The translations under genes were made by a program, and so were the position numbers. The notes beneath the pieces are model-generated. The model did no database searches. It had not been told where the DNA came from and worked only from the letters and a program-made list of their open reading frames with translations. 55,625 nucleotides of DNA from Prorocentrum cordatum (lineage: Eukaryota), in NCBI GenBank assembly GCA_963575745.1, contig CAUYUJ010000146.1, positions 62,001 through 117,625 on the forward strand. Direction: 5' to 3'. Numbering within the stretch: position 1 is the stretch's first letter; each line of letters starts with the position of its first letter. Below, one piece after another: positions 21,501 through 32,615 of this stretch.

Positions 21501-24500
21501 CACACGGGCCTCCAGCGCTTGACCCAGGCCATCCGCCTGAAGGAGGCCAACCAGGAGAAGGCCCAAGCCGTTCAACGGCACATGGTGCGCTGCATCGTCC
21601 TGTGGGGCCGCCAGGAGGAGGAAGAGGAGGAGGAGGAGGAGGAGGATGAGGTGGGCGAGGAGGAGGGCGAGGAGGACGCGCCAGGTGGGCCGGGCCCCGA
21701 AGACCTGGCAGCAGCTGACCCACCCAGTGGCGAGCCGGCCCCTTCTGGCGCTGCACTGGCGGCGGTGGCGCTCGAGCAGGCTGATTTCCCTCGGTACCCT
21801 TGGCAGCACCAGGCCAGGGCCACACGCCAGCTCATCCTGGGGCCCCCTGTGACCCTCCACAGTGGGAATTGGATGATGGGGAGCCACGACAGATACCACG
21901 CCATGCGCTGGTACCTGGGCCAGCTCCGGTTCGACGCTGCCGCCTCCGAGGTTGGCACCACATGGGCCGAGCTGGCCGTGGACTTCGAGCTCAGCACTGG
22001 CGTGGAGCTAGCTCCGCCTGGCAGCGCCATGGCCGCGCGGGCCCAGAAGTTTGCAGATGTGGCCTCTCGTGCCTGGCAGCTGTCCACGCCCAGGCAGCAG
22101 CGCCAACGCGGGGGCAACAGGCAACGGGCGCTCGGGGACCTCACAGTGGTCTCTCGGGTCACCGCCCTCGTGGCGCTCGGCTTCAAGCAGGGCCCGGGGG
22201 TGACCTCGCGTGCCATCTTTGTGCAGCCCTTCACGTATGAGGTGCTGCTGCGCGCGGCGCAGCGTGGACAGGCAGAGAGGCGCCATGCTCACCTCCAATG
22301 GCGGCCAGACTACGCAGGCGGCCCCGCACCGACCATGCCGGCAGCTGTCCGGCACGGACCGCCGGCGCCACCTGTGGCCGCTGCCAAGAGGGTGACGGCT
22401 GAGAGGATGGCTGCTGGGCACAACGCCGTCGCCGAGCGGAAGCGGCAGGAGCACAATGCCGTCGCGGACTCCCAGGGCCTCCACGTGCTTGGGCCCATTC
22501 CCCCGGGAGCTGACAACTCCCAGCCGGTCGTCTGTGAGCGGTGCGGGCGGCAAACGCAGAAGATGCGCCTGGCCAAGTTCAAGCGGGAAGCTTGCGCCGC
22601 AGCCTCGGGAGGCCGAGGGGGAGGAGGCGGGGCCGCGCCTGCGGCCCGGCGAGGAGGAGGCCGAGGAGGAGGAGGAGGCTGAGGAGGGGGCGGAGGAGGA
22701 GGGAGCCACGCAGATTCCCCACAACCCCAAGATGCAGCCAGCCGATGAGGAGGAGGTGGAGGAGGAGGAGGAGGAGGTAGAGGGAGGGTGTCGCCAGGCA
22801 GCTTGGCTACCACAACCGGGAGGTGCCGGGTGACGGTCGCCTTGCTGGGTGGCTGAATGGATGGTCTGCCGTTCCGTATTGGCAGAGCTTATTCTCTTTT
22901 GTCCTGCAGGTCAACACTGTGTCAGGTTCCTCGCAGAAGCACCGCCCCCGCCAGCACGTTGTGGACGTTAACGTGGGGGTCACCGTCGTGGAGGTCTGCG
23001 TCGACGTGGAAGTCAACGTAGCTGTAGTGTATATCCAAAGTTCCACCACGGGCACAGACGATTCCACCCACTCCACGATGTCACTAGAACCCCCTATCTC
23101 ATCGAGCTCATTCTCGACAAACTCATGGAACTGCGAAATCTTCTCATACAAACGAAGCAATGCCTCTTCGGTCTCATCCGTGTTTGTACCCTCAACTGTA
23201 ATTGTGTAGCCAATGTCCCACTCTTGACTGGCCAATCTTCGTTGAAACGACACGCGCCTTGACGTGTTTCTAACGACAACGGAGTTGATCGTGACCTTCG
23301 ACTGCGAAATGTTCAAGAAAGTTGCCATCGCTGTGCGCGCAACAGCTTCTACCGATGTTTTGTTTAGGGAGGTTGTGAAAGACATCGCGACATCAACCTT
23401 GACGAAGGAAAAACGCTCAGGAGTCGCTGTGGTGGTGGTGATCGTGCCAGTGGTTACCGTACCAGTGGTTACCGTCTCTGTCCTGCTTGATGCCGTTAGG
23501 CTGGAGGCGGTCGTTGAGTGAAACGTGGTGGAGCTGGTTAATGATGACGACTCGGTTGTAGAGATTGTTGTTGTGGACGTCACGGAGGTCGATATTGTGG
23601 TGCTGGATGTCATCGACGTCGTCTCAGTAGCAGTCGTGGTGGACGTCTCTGTTTTACTCGCGGTCGTGGTGGGCGTATCTGTGTAGCTCGCAGACGTGGT
23701 GGACGTCCCAGTGGTAGAGCTACTGGTGGTCGACGAGACCGTGGTTGAGGACAGCGTCGATGTTTTCGTGGCCGTCGTGGTGGACGACTGACTGGTTGAG
23801 CTGTCCGTGGTCGAGGTAGCTGAGGTTGTGGTAAACGTGGTTGTGGAAAGAGTCGACGTCTTGGTAAAAGTCGTAGTTGAAGTCCCCGTCGCAGACGTCA
23901 AAGTGGTGGTTGAGGAAGAACTCGTGGTGATCGAAGACGTTCCTGTAACCGAAGATAGAGTCGATGTAGAGCTGATAGTAGTTGCTGACACCGTGGTTGT
24001 AGACTGAGTCGTGGTGGAACTATCCGTGGTTGAAGACAAGGTGTTGGTCGAGGTCTGCGTCAGAGATGTTCGGGTTGTGGACGAAGATGCACTCGTGCTG
24101 GAAGTCCCAGTGGTCGACGTCGAACTTGTGCTAAAACTGATGGTGGTGGTGGTGGAACTCTCCGTCACTGAAGTCAAGCTTGTTCCCGAACTCAAAGAGG
24201 TAATAGACACACTACTGGTCGACGTCAACGTTGAAATTAAACTCAATGTGGTTGAAGACGTTCCGGTAAGCGAAGATAGAGTCGATGTAGAGCTGACACT
24301 GGTAGATGATAAAGACGATGTAGAAGTTACACTGATCGAGGTTAAGGTCGTGCTTGAACTAGACGTGGACGAACTCAAGGTTTGTGATGACGATGTTGCA
24401 CTTGAGCTCCCAGTAGAGGAAGACAAGGTCGTGCTAGAACTCTCCGTGATTGAAGAAAAGGTCGTGAGAGATGTTCGGGTTGTGGACGAAGATGCACTCG

Positions 24501-27500
24501 CGCTGGAAGTCCCAGTGGTCGACGTCAGGCTTGTGCTGGAACTGATGGTGGCGCTGGAACTCTCCGTCGTTGAAATGAAGCTTGTGCTCGAGGTTGTCCT
24601 GGTGGTTGAAATCGATGTGGCTGTCGAACTTGCACTGGTTGAAGATAAGGTTGAGGTAGAAGTATGCGTGCCTGAACTAACAGTTCTGGACGACAGTGTG
24701 GTGCTTGAACTTTCAGTAGTGGAGCTCGGTGTGAACGAAGAAAGAAAGGATAACGTAGATAAGGTAGTAACCGAACTGGTCATGCTGCTGCTGCTGAGGG
24801 TGGTGTTGCTGGTCTGACTGGTGCTGCTACGCGTGGTGCTGCTGGTTGCACTGGTGCTGGTCACTGTGGTGCTGCTGCGAGTAGTGCTGCTGGTTGCCGT
24901 CGTGCTGGTATCAATGGTGCTGCTGGTTGCGCTGGTGCTGGTGCGCGTTGTGCTGCTGGTGCTGGCAGTGGTGGTCACAGCAGTGGTGCTGCTGGTCACA
25001 GTGGTGCTGCTGCGCGTGGTGCTGCTGGTTGCGCTGGTGCTAGTGCGCGTGGTGCTGCTTGTTTCGGTCGTGGTGGTCGCAATTGTGCTGCTGGTCTGGC
25101 TGGTGCTGCTACGCGTGGTGCTGCTGGTTGCGCTGGTGCTGGTCACTGTGGTGCTGCTGGTGGCACTGGTGCTGGTGCGGGTAGTACTGCTGGTTGCCGT
25201 CGTGCTGGAACCAGTTGTGCTGCTAGTTGCGCTGGTGCTGCTGCGAGTAGTGCTGATGGTTGCCGTCGTGCTGGTACCAGTGGAGCTGCTGGTTGCGCTG
25301 GTGCTAGTGCGCGTTAGGCTGCTGGTGCTGGTCGTGGTGGTCACAGCAGTGGCGCTGCTGGTCACAGTGGTGCTGCTGCGCGTGGTGCTGCTGGTTGCGC
25401 TGGTGCTAGTGCGCGTGGTGCTGCTTGTTTCGGTCGTGGTGGTCGCAATTGTGCTGCTGGTCTGGCTGGTGCTGCTACGCGTGGTGCTGCTGGTTGCGCT
25501 GGTGCTGGTCACTGTGGTGCTGCTGGTGGCACTGGTGCTGGTGCGGGTAGTACTGCTGGTTGCCGTCGTGCTGGAACCAGTTGTGCTGCTAGTTGCGCTG
25601 GTGCTGCTGCGAGTAGTGCTGATGGTTGCCGTCGTGCTGGTATCAGTGGAGCTGCTGGTTGCGCTTGTGCTGGTCACTGTGGCGCTGCTGGTGGCACTGG
25701 TGCTGGTGCGGGTAGTACTGCTGGTTGCCGTCGTGCTGGAAACAGTTGTGCTGCTAGTTGCGCTGGTGCTGCTGCGAGTAGTGCTGCTGGTTGCCGTCGT
25801 GCTGGTATCAGTGGTGCTGCTGGTTGCGCTGATGCTGGTGCGCGTTGTGCTGCTGGTGCTGGTCGTGGTGGCCACAGCAGTGGTGCTGCTGGTCACAGTG
25901 GTGCTGCTGCGCGTGGTGCTGCTGGTTGCGCTGGTGCTAGTGCGCGTGGTGCTGCTTGTTTCGGTCGTGGTGGTCACACTTGTGCTGCTGGTCTCGGTCG
26001 TGGTGGTCACAGTGGTGCTGCTGGTAGAGCTAGTGCTGCTAAGCGTGGTGCTGCTTGTCCCCGTCGTGGTGGTCACAATGGTGTTGCTGGTAAAGGTGGT
26101 GCCGGTGCGAGTTGTACTGCTGGTAGCGCTGGTGCTGCTGCGAGTGGTACTGCTGGTTGCCGTCGTGCTGGAAGCAATTGTACTGCTGGTTGCGCTGGTG
26201 CTGCTACGCGTGGTGCTGCTGGTTGCGCTGGTGCTGGTCAGTGTGGTGCTGCTGGTGGCGCTGGTGCTGGTGCGAGTAATACTGCTGGTTGCCGTCGTGC
26301 TTGAAACAATTGTGCTGCTGGTTGCGCTGGTGCTGGTGCGAGTAGTACTGCTGGTTGCCGTCGAGCTGGTATCAGTGGTGCTGCTGGTTGCGCTGGTGCT
26401 GGTGCGCGTTGTGCTGCTGGTGCTGGTCGTGGTGGTCACTGTTGTGCTGCTGGTTGCGCTGGTGCTGGTGCGGGTTGTGCTGCTTGTCGCGGACGTGGTG
26501 GTCACTGTTGTGCTGCTGGTTGCGCTGGTGCTGGAACGCGTGGTGCTGCTAGTTGCGCTGGTGCTGCTGCGCGTGATGCTGCTGGACCCAGTCGTGGTGC
26601 TTATTGTGGCGCTGGTTGTTGCGCTGGTGCTGGTGCGGGTCGTGCTGCTTGTCTCAGTTGCGGTCGTCCCTGTTGTGCTGCTGGTTGCGCTGGTGCTGGT
26701 GCGCGTGGTGCTGCTGCTGCTGGTCGTTGTGGTCACAGTGGTGCTGCTAGTTGCGCTGGTGCTGGTGCGGGTTGTGCTGCTTGTGCCTGTCGTGGTGGTC
26801 ACTGTTGTCCTGCTGGTTGCGCTGGTGCTAGTGCGGGTTGTGCTGCTGTCAGTTGTGCTGGTCCGAGTGCTGGTCTTGGTGCTGCTGGTTGCGCTGGTGC
26901 TGGTGCGCGTTGTGCTGCTGGTGCTGGCCGTGGTGGTCACAGTGGTGCTGCTGGTTGCACTGGTGCTGCTGCGCGTGGTGCTGCTGGTTGCGCTGGTGCT
27001 AGTGCGCGTGGTGCTGCTGGTAGCGCTGATGCTGCTGCGAGTAATACTGCTGGTTGCCGTCGTGCTTGTATCAGTGGTGCTGCTCGTTGCGCTGGTGCTG
27101 GTGCGAGTGGTGCTGCTTATCACAGTGGTACTGCTGGTTGCGCTAGTGATGGTACGCGTGGTGCTGCTCCCGGTAGTGCTGGTCAGAGTGCTGGTCCTGG
27201 TGCTGCTGGTTGCTGTCGTGCTGGTATTACTGGTGCTGCTTGTTGCGCTGGTGCTGGAACGCGTGGTGCTGCTGGTGCCAGTCGTCGTCGTCCCTGTGGT
27301 GCTGCTGGTTGCGCTGGTGCTGCTGCGCGTGGTGCTGCTGGTTGCGCTGGTGCTGGTGAAGGTTGTGCTGCTTGTCGCGGTCGTGGTGCTCCGGGTGGTG
27401 CTGCTGGTTGTGTTGGTGCTGGTGCGTGTTGTGCTGCTGCCAGTCGTACTGGTCCCAATGCTGGTGCTGGTGCTGCTGGTTGCCGTCGTGCTTGTATCAG

Positions 27501-30500
27501 TGGTACTGCTCGTTGCACTGGCGCTGGTGAGCGTGATGCTGCTAGTCCCAGTCGTGCTCGTAATGCTCGTGGCGCTGGTGCTAGTGCGAGTGGTGCTGCT
27601 TGTCACAGTGGTGCTGCTGGTTGTGCTAGTGCTGGTGCGCGTGGTGCTGGTTGGTGCTGGCGTGGGCGCTTGTGTTGGTGCAGGCGTCGGTGCTGGCGCT
27701 GGTGCTGGCGTCGGCGCGGGAGTGGGCGCTGGCGTCGGCGCTGGCGTCGGTGCCGGCGTAGGCGCTGGCGTTGGTGCTTGCGTGGGCGCTGGTGTTGGTG
27801 CAGGCGTGGGCGCAGGCGTAGGCGCCGGCGTCGGTGCTGGGGTCGGTGCTGGCGTCGGCGCGGGAGTGGGCGCTAGCGTCGGCGCTGGCGTCGGTGCCGG
27901 CGTAGGCGCTGGCGTTGGTGCTGGCGTGGGCGCTGGTGTTGGCGCTGGTGTCGGCGCGGGCGTGGACGCGGGCGTCGGCGCGGGAGTTGGCGCGGGCGTC
28001 GGGTCTGGCGTGGTGCTGGTACCGGTCGTCGTCAGGACCCCCCTGCAGATGTACCGAAAGTTCGCCTGGGCGATGGCGTCTTCTGAGCTAGCGTCAGCGA
28101 AGAATATCTTCGTGTCCGCGGTCTGAAGAACGCATGTGAACGTTAAACCATGGTTTGAAAAATCATTTGTCGCAGCAGACTGATAATCGAAACGGCTTCT
28201 GGCAGGCCCGAAACACTCTGCACTGCTGGTGATATCTTCCATGCCAGCCTCGTAGCAAGTCTCTCCCGCTTCCAGAAGCGCGTATTCCTGGAAGGAGGTG
28301 GTCGTGGCTGTCGCTGTCGTGGCTGTCGCGGTCATCGTCGAGCTGAAGGTCAGGGAGGAGCTCGTAATCGAAGTGGACGTCGCCGTAGTAGTGTATGTCC
28401 CCATGCAGAGGAACTGGTAGTCGGCAGATCCCTCCGTTTGAGCGCCGGTTGCCTGCGAGAAGATCATGGTGTCCGAGGCGCTTTCGTAGACACAGCTGAC
28501 CTTGAAAGCCGTACTCGGGATGTAGCTCGTTGTTGCGGGCTCGATATTGAAATAGGGCGCTGCTATGTTGAAACAGTACTCGGAACTCGCGACTTCTTGC
28601 AAGCCCACATCGTAGCACGTCTGGCCCAATGGCACCAAAGTCATTGCCGGAGGCTCTGTGGCAGTTAAAGACGACGTGGACGTGGTAGAGGTCGACGTGG
28701 CAGAGGTCGACGTGGCAGAGATCGACACGGATGTGGAGATTGCCGTGGTCGTACTGGAGCCTGTCGTGGAGAATGAGCCTGGGCAAATGTATCTCCACTT
28801 TGAAGACGACATCGTGTCGGAGCCGGAGGTCGCGGAGAACAGAACCCTGTCCAGGTCGGAGTCGTAGACACAGCCGAATGTAAACAAAGAAGAGGTCCCG
28901 AAATCAATTGGATCTCCAGTTCCAGTCAATCCGACGTACGTGATCGCGGGGCCGAAGCACTCCGTGGAGTCCGACGGGTCTGGGAGGCCCACGTCGTAGC
29001 AGGTCAGGCCTGGATCCAAATAGCTATAGACTTGAACTTCCATGATGGCTGGCGTTGGTGCTGGCGTGGGCGCTGGTGTTGGCGCTGGTGTCGGCGAGGG
29101 CGTGGACGCGGGCGTCGGCGCGGGAGTTGGCGCGGGCGTCGGTACTGGCGTGGTGCTGGTACCGGTCGTCGTCAGGACCCCCCTGCAGATGTACCGAAAG
29201 TTCGCCTGGGCGATGGCGTCTTCTGAGCTAGCGTCAGCGAAGAATATCTTCGTGTCCGCGGTCTGAAGAACGCATGTGAACGTTAAACCTTGGTTTGAAA
29301 AATCACTTGTCGCAGCAGACTGCAAACCGAAACGGCTTCTGGCAGGTCCGAAACACTCTGCACTGCTGGTGATATCTTCCATGCCAGCCTCGTAGCAAGT
29401 CTCTCCCGCTTCCAGAAGCGCGTATTCCTGGAAGGAGGTGGCCGTGACTGTCGCGGTCGTGGCTGTCGTGGCCGTGGCTGTCGCGGTCATCGTCGAGCTG
29501 AAGGTCAGGGAGGTGCTCGTAATCGAAGTGGACGTAGCCGTAGTAGTGTATGTCCCCATGCAGAGGAACTGGTAGTCGGCAAATCCCTCCGTTTGAGCGC
29601 CGGTTGCCTGCGAGAAGATCATGGTGTCCGAGGCGCTTTCGTAGACACAGCTGACCTTGAAAGCCGTACTCGGGATGTAGATCGTTGTCGCGGGAAAGAT
29701 ACTGAAATAGGGCGCTGCTGTGTTGAAACAGTACTCGGAACTCGCGACGTCTTGCAAGCCCACATCGTAGCACGTCTGGCCCAATGGCACCAAAGTCATT
29801 GCCGGAGGCTCTGTGGTAGTCGAAGACGACGTGGCCGTGGCAGAGGTCGACGTGGCAGAGTTCGACGTGGCAGAGGTCGACATGGATGTGGACGTTGCCG
29901 TTGTCGTACTGGAGCCTGTCGTGGAGAATGAGCCTGGGCAAATGTATCTCCACTTTGAAGACGACATCGTGTCGGAGCCGGAGGTCTCGGAGAACAGAAC
30001 CCTGTCCAGGTTGGAGTCGTAGACACAACCGAATGCAAACGAAGTGGCCGATCCGAAATCAATTGGATCTCCACTTCCAGTCAATCCGACGTACGTGATC
30101 GCGGGGCCGAAGCACTCCGTGGAGTCCGACGGGTCTGGGAGGCCCACGTCGTAGCAGGTCAGGCCTGGATCCAAATAGCTATAGACTTGAGTTAGCCGGC
30201 GGTCCTCCTCACGTTGCGGACCTCCCAACGCCACATCCGTCGCCCCCGGCCATGCAGGCAGGAGTGCGACAGCCGTCGAGGCCTTGCTGTCTGCAATCGC
30301 GGAAAGCGCTCCGTTGCGGACGCGGCTGTCCGCGACGCCGCGGCTGGCGTCGAGCTCTGGCTGTGTGCCCCGCAGACCAGACCGCGCCACGGCCACCTCG
30401 CCAAGTGAGGTAGCAGAGGGCCACTTCGTCTCCACCTTCGCGTTGCCGTCATCGGCTGATGCCTTGGTGGCGTCCGCGCCGCCAACGCCAAGTGAGAGCA

Positions 30501-30600
30501 CGGCGATGGTGCCCAAAAGCAGTTTCACGAGCGTCAGGACAAAATGTTGACGCACGTGCGTGGCCGTGTGCGCCGAGGCTGGTGGCAAACCATCTGTCAT
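15599..30600 (-). CDS. Giant (~3,650 aa) mucin-stalked type I membrane protein: signal peptide, 6 Cys modules, PTPA and Thr/Ser stalk, Sushi-like Cys repeats, TSP1, TM, laminin-G-like and Tudor/SH3-like repeats
   Basis: Segments 30600-22952, 20931-19967, ~19845-19839, 19675-19560, 18265-16624, 16370-16168 and 16001-15599 join in one frame once the TSD-flanked insertions are removed (frames checked by coordinate arithmetic). Hydrophobic leader [24 protein letters not shown]1 motif [37 protein letters not shown]. May be inactivated by the LINE insert. Confidence 0.75.
16002..16167 (-). mobile_element. Introner-type intron (GA-AG) made by a 161-bp element (16005-16165) with 5-bp TSD TCCTG
   Basis: TSD at 16000-16004 and 16166-16170; removal gives KRLR|RRFDRG in frame; homologous free copy at 50174-50328. 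Confidence 0.85.
16371..16623 (-). other. Predicted GA-AG intron formed by a ~30-bp exon duplication flanking a (GGA)n tract
   Basis: GCCAGCGACGTCCTGATCGCTGCTCCTCCTC at 16359 and 16612; removing 253 nt restores the frame [14 protein letters not shown]. Confidence 0.7.
18266..19559 (-). mobile_element. Introner-type intron (GA-AG): TIR element 18269-19557 with 5-bp TSD TCCTG and a nested ~1.1-kb simple-repeat insert
   Basis: TSD at 18264-18268 and 19558-19562; TIRs match the MITE at 14832-15026; removal gives ARWAAR|TEWSVC in frame. Confidence 0.85.
18760..19335. repeat. Three ~55-bp tandem units followed by (CAC)n, (CAGCAGCACCAC)n and (ACCAGC)n microsatellites
   Basis: CGTGCTCCCGCTGCAGCGCTGGC occurs three times, then the simple repeats. 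Confidence 0.9.
19674..19835. mobile_element. TIR element (ACCAGACCACCCCAACCCAACCCGA family) inserted in an exon; probable intron
   Basis: About 30-bp TIR; direct repeat GTGACT at 19668-19673 and 19834-19839; second copy at ~44608-44785. Confidence 0.8.
19846..19965. mobile_element. 120-bp TIR element (CATCGCTCGGACGT) inserted in an exon
   Basis: 14-bp perfect inverted repeat, GCC duplicated on the flanks; removing 123 nt gives FLQDLARVT. Confidence 0.7.
20948..22951 (+). mobile_element. 5'-truncated non-LTR retroelement fragment (RNase H plus C-terminal CxxC) with 16-bp TSD
   Basis: TSD CAGCACGTTGTGGACG at 20932-20947 and 22952-22967. Confidence 0.85.
21069..22682 (+). CDS. RNase H1-like domain protein fragment (LINE ORF2 C-terminus)
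   Basis: Motifs [37 protein letters not shown] and VCERCG. Confidence 0.85.
   Translation: MIATDGACWNQQLGWARRAGLGIYVGPRCGNLSAALPGMDQSSGRAELLAIILVFAEAGRLGLQVEILTDYECAAKAWAAWSGGPSFHPREQLDLWRRLEPLARAALAAGSALTWVAAHGRAAHEQELRWNKLVDDLAVQGSKRHTGLQRLTQAIRLKEANQEKAQAVQRHMVRCIVLWGRQEEEEEEEEEEDEVGEEEGEEDAPGGPGPEDLAAADPPSGEPAPSGAALAAVALEQADFPRYPWQHQARATRQLILGPPVTLHSGNWMMGSHDRYHAMRWYLGQLRFDAAASEVGTTWAELAVDFELSTGVELAPPGSAMAARAQKFADVASRAWQLSTPRQQRQRGGNRQRALGDLTVVSRVTALVALGFKQGPGVTSRAIFVQPFTYEVLLRAAQRGQAERRHAHLQWRPDYAGGPAPTMPAAVRHGPPAPPVAAAKRVTAERMAAGHNAVAERKRQEHNAVADSQGLHVLGPIPPGADNSQPVVCERCGRQTQKMRLAKFKREACAAASGGRGGGGGAAPAARRGGGRGGGGG
27905..30190 (-). repeat. ~1.14-kb intragenic tandem duplication; each copy has three 4-Cys modules plus PTPA repeats
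   Basis: 27905-29036 is nearly identical to 29045-30190 ([16 protein letters not shown]... occurs twice). Confidence 0.95.
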
Positions 30601-30691
30601 ATGGCAGTTACCGCAAATGTCGATTCGGGGTAATGACCAAGGATCGTCGAGCTGCTTTGGCTCCCCGTGTGCACAGCGAAAACAGCCCAGG

Positions 30692-30708
30692 CTTGAGCCA
30701 TAATGGCT
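30692..30708 (-). other. Relic dinoflagellate spliced leader (DinoSL)
   Basis: Minus strand AGCCATTATGGCTCAAG versus the DinoSL 3' part AGCCATTTTGGCTCAAG (16/17), ~90 nt upstream of ATG 30600. Confidence 0.8.
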
Positions 30709-31098
30709 GGAACCAACATAACTACGGACGGTCTTGGAAGCCTCTTGGGCCGTCTTGGAGAACTGGTAAGCCGAAAAAGCGAGAATGCCAACAACCGTCA
30801 GACACTGAAGGAAGAACACGAATCCCACCAGCCCTCTGGGCGTAGGTCGTTTAGGGCGTTTTCTCTCCCACCCTTCCCTCTTCCCCGTCGGGGAAGGGTT
30901 TATCACTGTTCCCTATTCGTAAACACCCCTTCCCCCAGGCGACTGGGGGCCAACCAGGGTCCATGACGACACCCCCCCACCATTCCTTGTACAAAAACAA
31001 CGCGAACCACACTCTGCCTCCAAATTCGGAACATGCGCAGCCAACCCGGTGCGGCCCCCCCCCACCATCCCTGTCAAAAACAATACATCGTACACTTG

Positions 31099-31158
31099 GC
31101 GGCGGCGGCGGCGGCGGCTGCGGCGGCTGCTGCGGCGGCGGCGGCTGCGGCGGCTGAG

Positions 31159-31190
<32 letters not shown>

Positions 31191-31425
31191 GGCGGCAGCG
31201 GCTGCGGCGGCGGGCGCGGCGGGCGGCGCGGCGGCGCGGCGGCAGCGGCTGCGGCGGCGGCGGCGGCGGCGGCGGCTGGCGGCGGCGGCGGCGGCGGCGG
31301 CAGGCGGCGGCGGCGGGCGCGCGCGGCGGCGGCGGCGGCGGCGGCGGCGGCAGGCGGCGGCGGCGGGCAGCGGCGGCGGCGGCAGCGGCGGCGGCGGCGG
31401 CGGCGGCGGAGGCGGCGGCGGCGGA
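31099..31425. repeat. (GGC)n microsatellite
   Basis: Read directly. Confidence 0.95.
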
Positions 31426-31826
31426 TTGGCCCCCAGTAGCTGCCCATCCAAAGGCGATTGCTGAATATGCTCAGGCTCGTGCCACACATTCGGGTGCTAC
31501 GTATGTGTTGGGAGGGCGGTGGGAGTGAGCGAGACGGCTTGCGGGCGGGGAGGGGGTCTTGACCCCTCCCCCTAGCCTCTCCCCCTAGACTTGGACGGGG
31601 CGTTTCGCGAGCGGTCGGGGCGTCCAAGATGGCCCAAGATGGCTCCAAGAGGGCCTCGGAAAGCACAAAACGACCTCCCAAATGGATCAAGATAGCGCAA
31701 AGTCGCTCAAGCTGGTTCCCAAGATGTTCCAAGAGGTCCCACTAACGCTCCAAGGCGTCTCCAAGAAGCCTCCGAAACCTCCAAGGACACCCCGGAAATA
31801 CCAAAACCTGTCCAAACTTAAAAGAC

Positions 31827-31829
31827 ATA

Positions 31830-31880
<51 letters not shown>

Positions 31881-31893
31881 ATATATATATATG
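31827..31893. repeat. (TA)n microsatellite inside a dispersed repeat
   Basis: Read directly. Confidence 0.95.
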
Positions 31894-32615
31894 TTTTTTG
31901 TTTGCTCGGCTTTCCGCTTCCGATGGCCATCCGAGGCCTCAATATGGCCCCGACATGGCCCAAAAGGGCTCCAAAAGATGCCCCAGGGAGCTCTAAGACG
32001 ACCCAAAAAACACCCAAAAACGCCCGAAGAGGCGATTTTGGGGGCCCCCGAGGGGCGGAACTAATTGAAACTTTCCTCTTGTTTGATCCAAATCCTCCAA
32101 AATGGCCCCAAGAGCGCCCCCCAAACCCCCAAGAACGCCCCAAGGGCGCCCCAAGAGGCGCCCAGACGGCCCCAAAAGGCCTCCAAGAGGCTCCCAGGAG
32201 ACCCCCAAGAAACCTCAAGAGGATCTCCGAGAACAAGCATTTCAGAAGCTTCTGGCTCTCCGGTTCGCCGTCCTCCTCTTCCTCATCCACCTCTTCCTCC
32301 TCCTCCCTCCTCCCCCTCCCCCTCCTCCTCCCCTCCTCCTCCTTTTTCCTCCTTCTCCTCTTTCTCCTCCTTCTCCCCCTTCTCGTCTTTCTCGTCCTCC
32401 TCGTCCCCGCCCTACACAATCTCCTCCTCCTCGTTCTCCTCCATCTCCTCTTCCTCCTCCTCGTCCTCCTCCTCCTCCTCCTCAGACGACGACGGTTCCT
32501 CCTCCATCCTCCCCTTCTCGGGGTATGTGACAGTTTCCCCCGCCCTTTGTTTTTCTGCGTGCTCCCCCGCTTCCCTGATTATCTCAACTCCCTTTGGCAT
32601 CGTTTCTGGTTGGGC

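Noticed and set aside
24011..28126. Long Val/Leu-rich plus-strand ORFs (268 and 1101 aa)
   Set aside because: Reverse complement of the ACC/AGC-rich Thr/Ser stalk
30601..30906. N-terminal extension of the 2699-aa ORF
   Set aside because: Runs through the relic spliced leader into a dispersed repeat; the signal peptide follows ATG 30600
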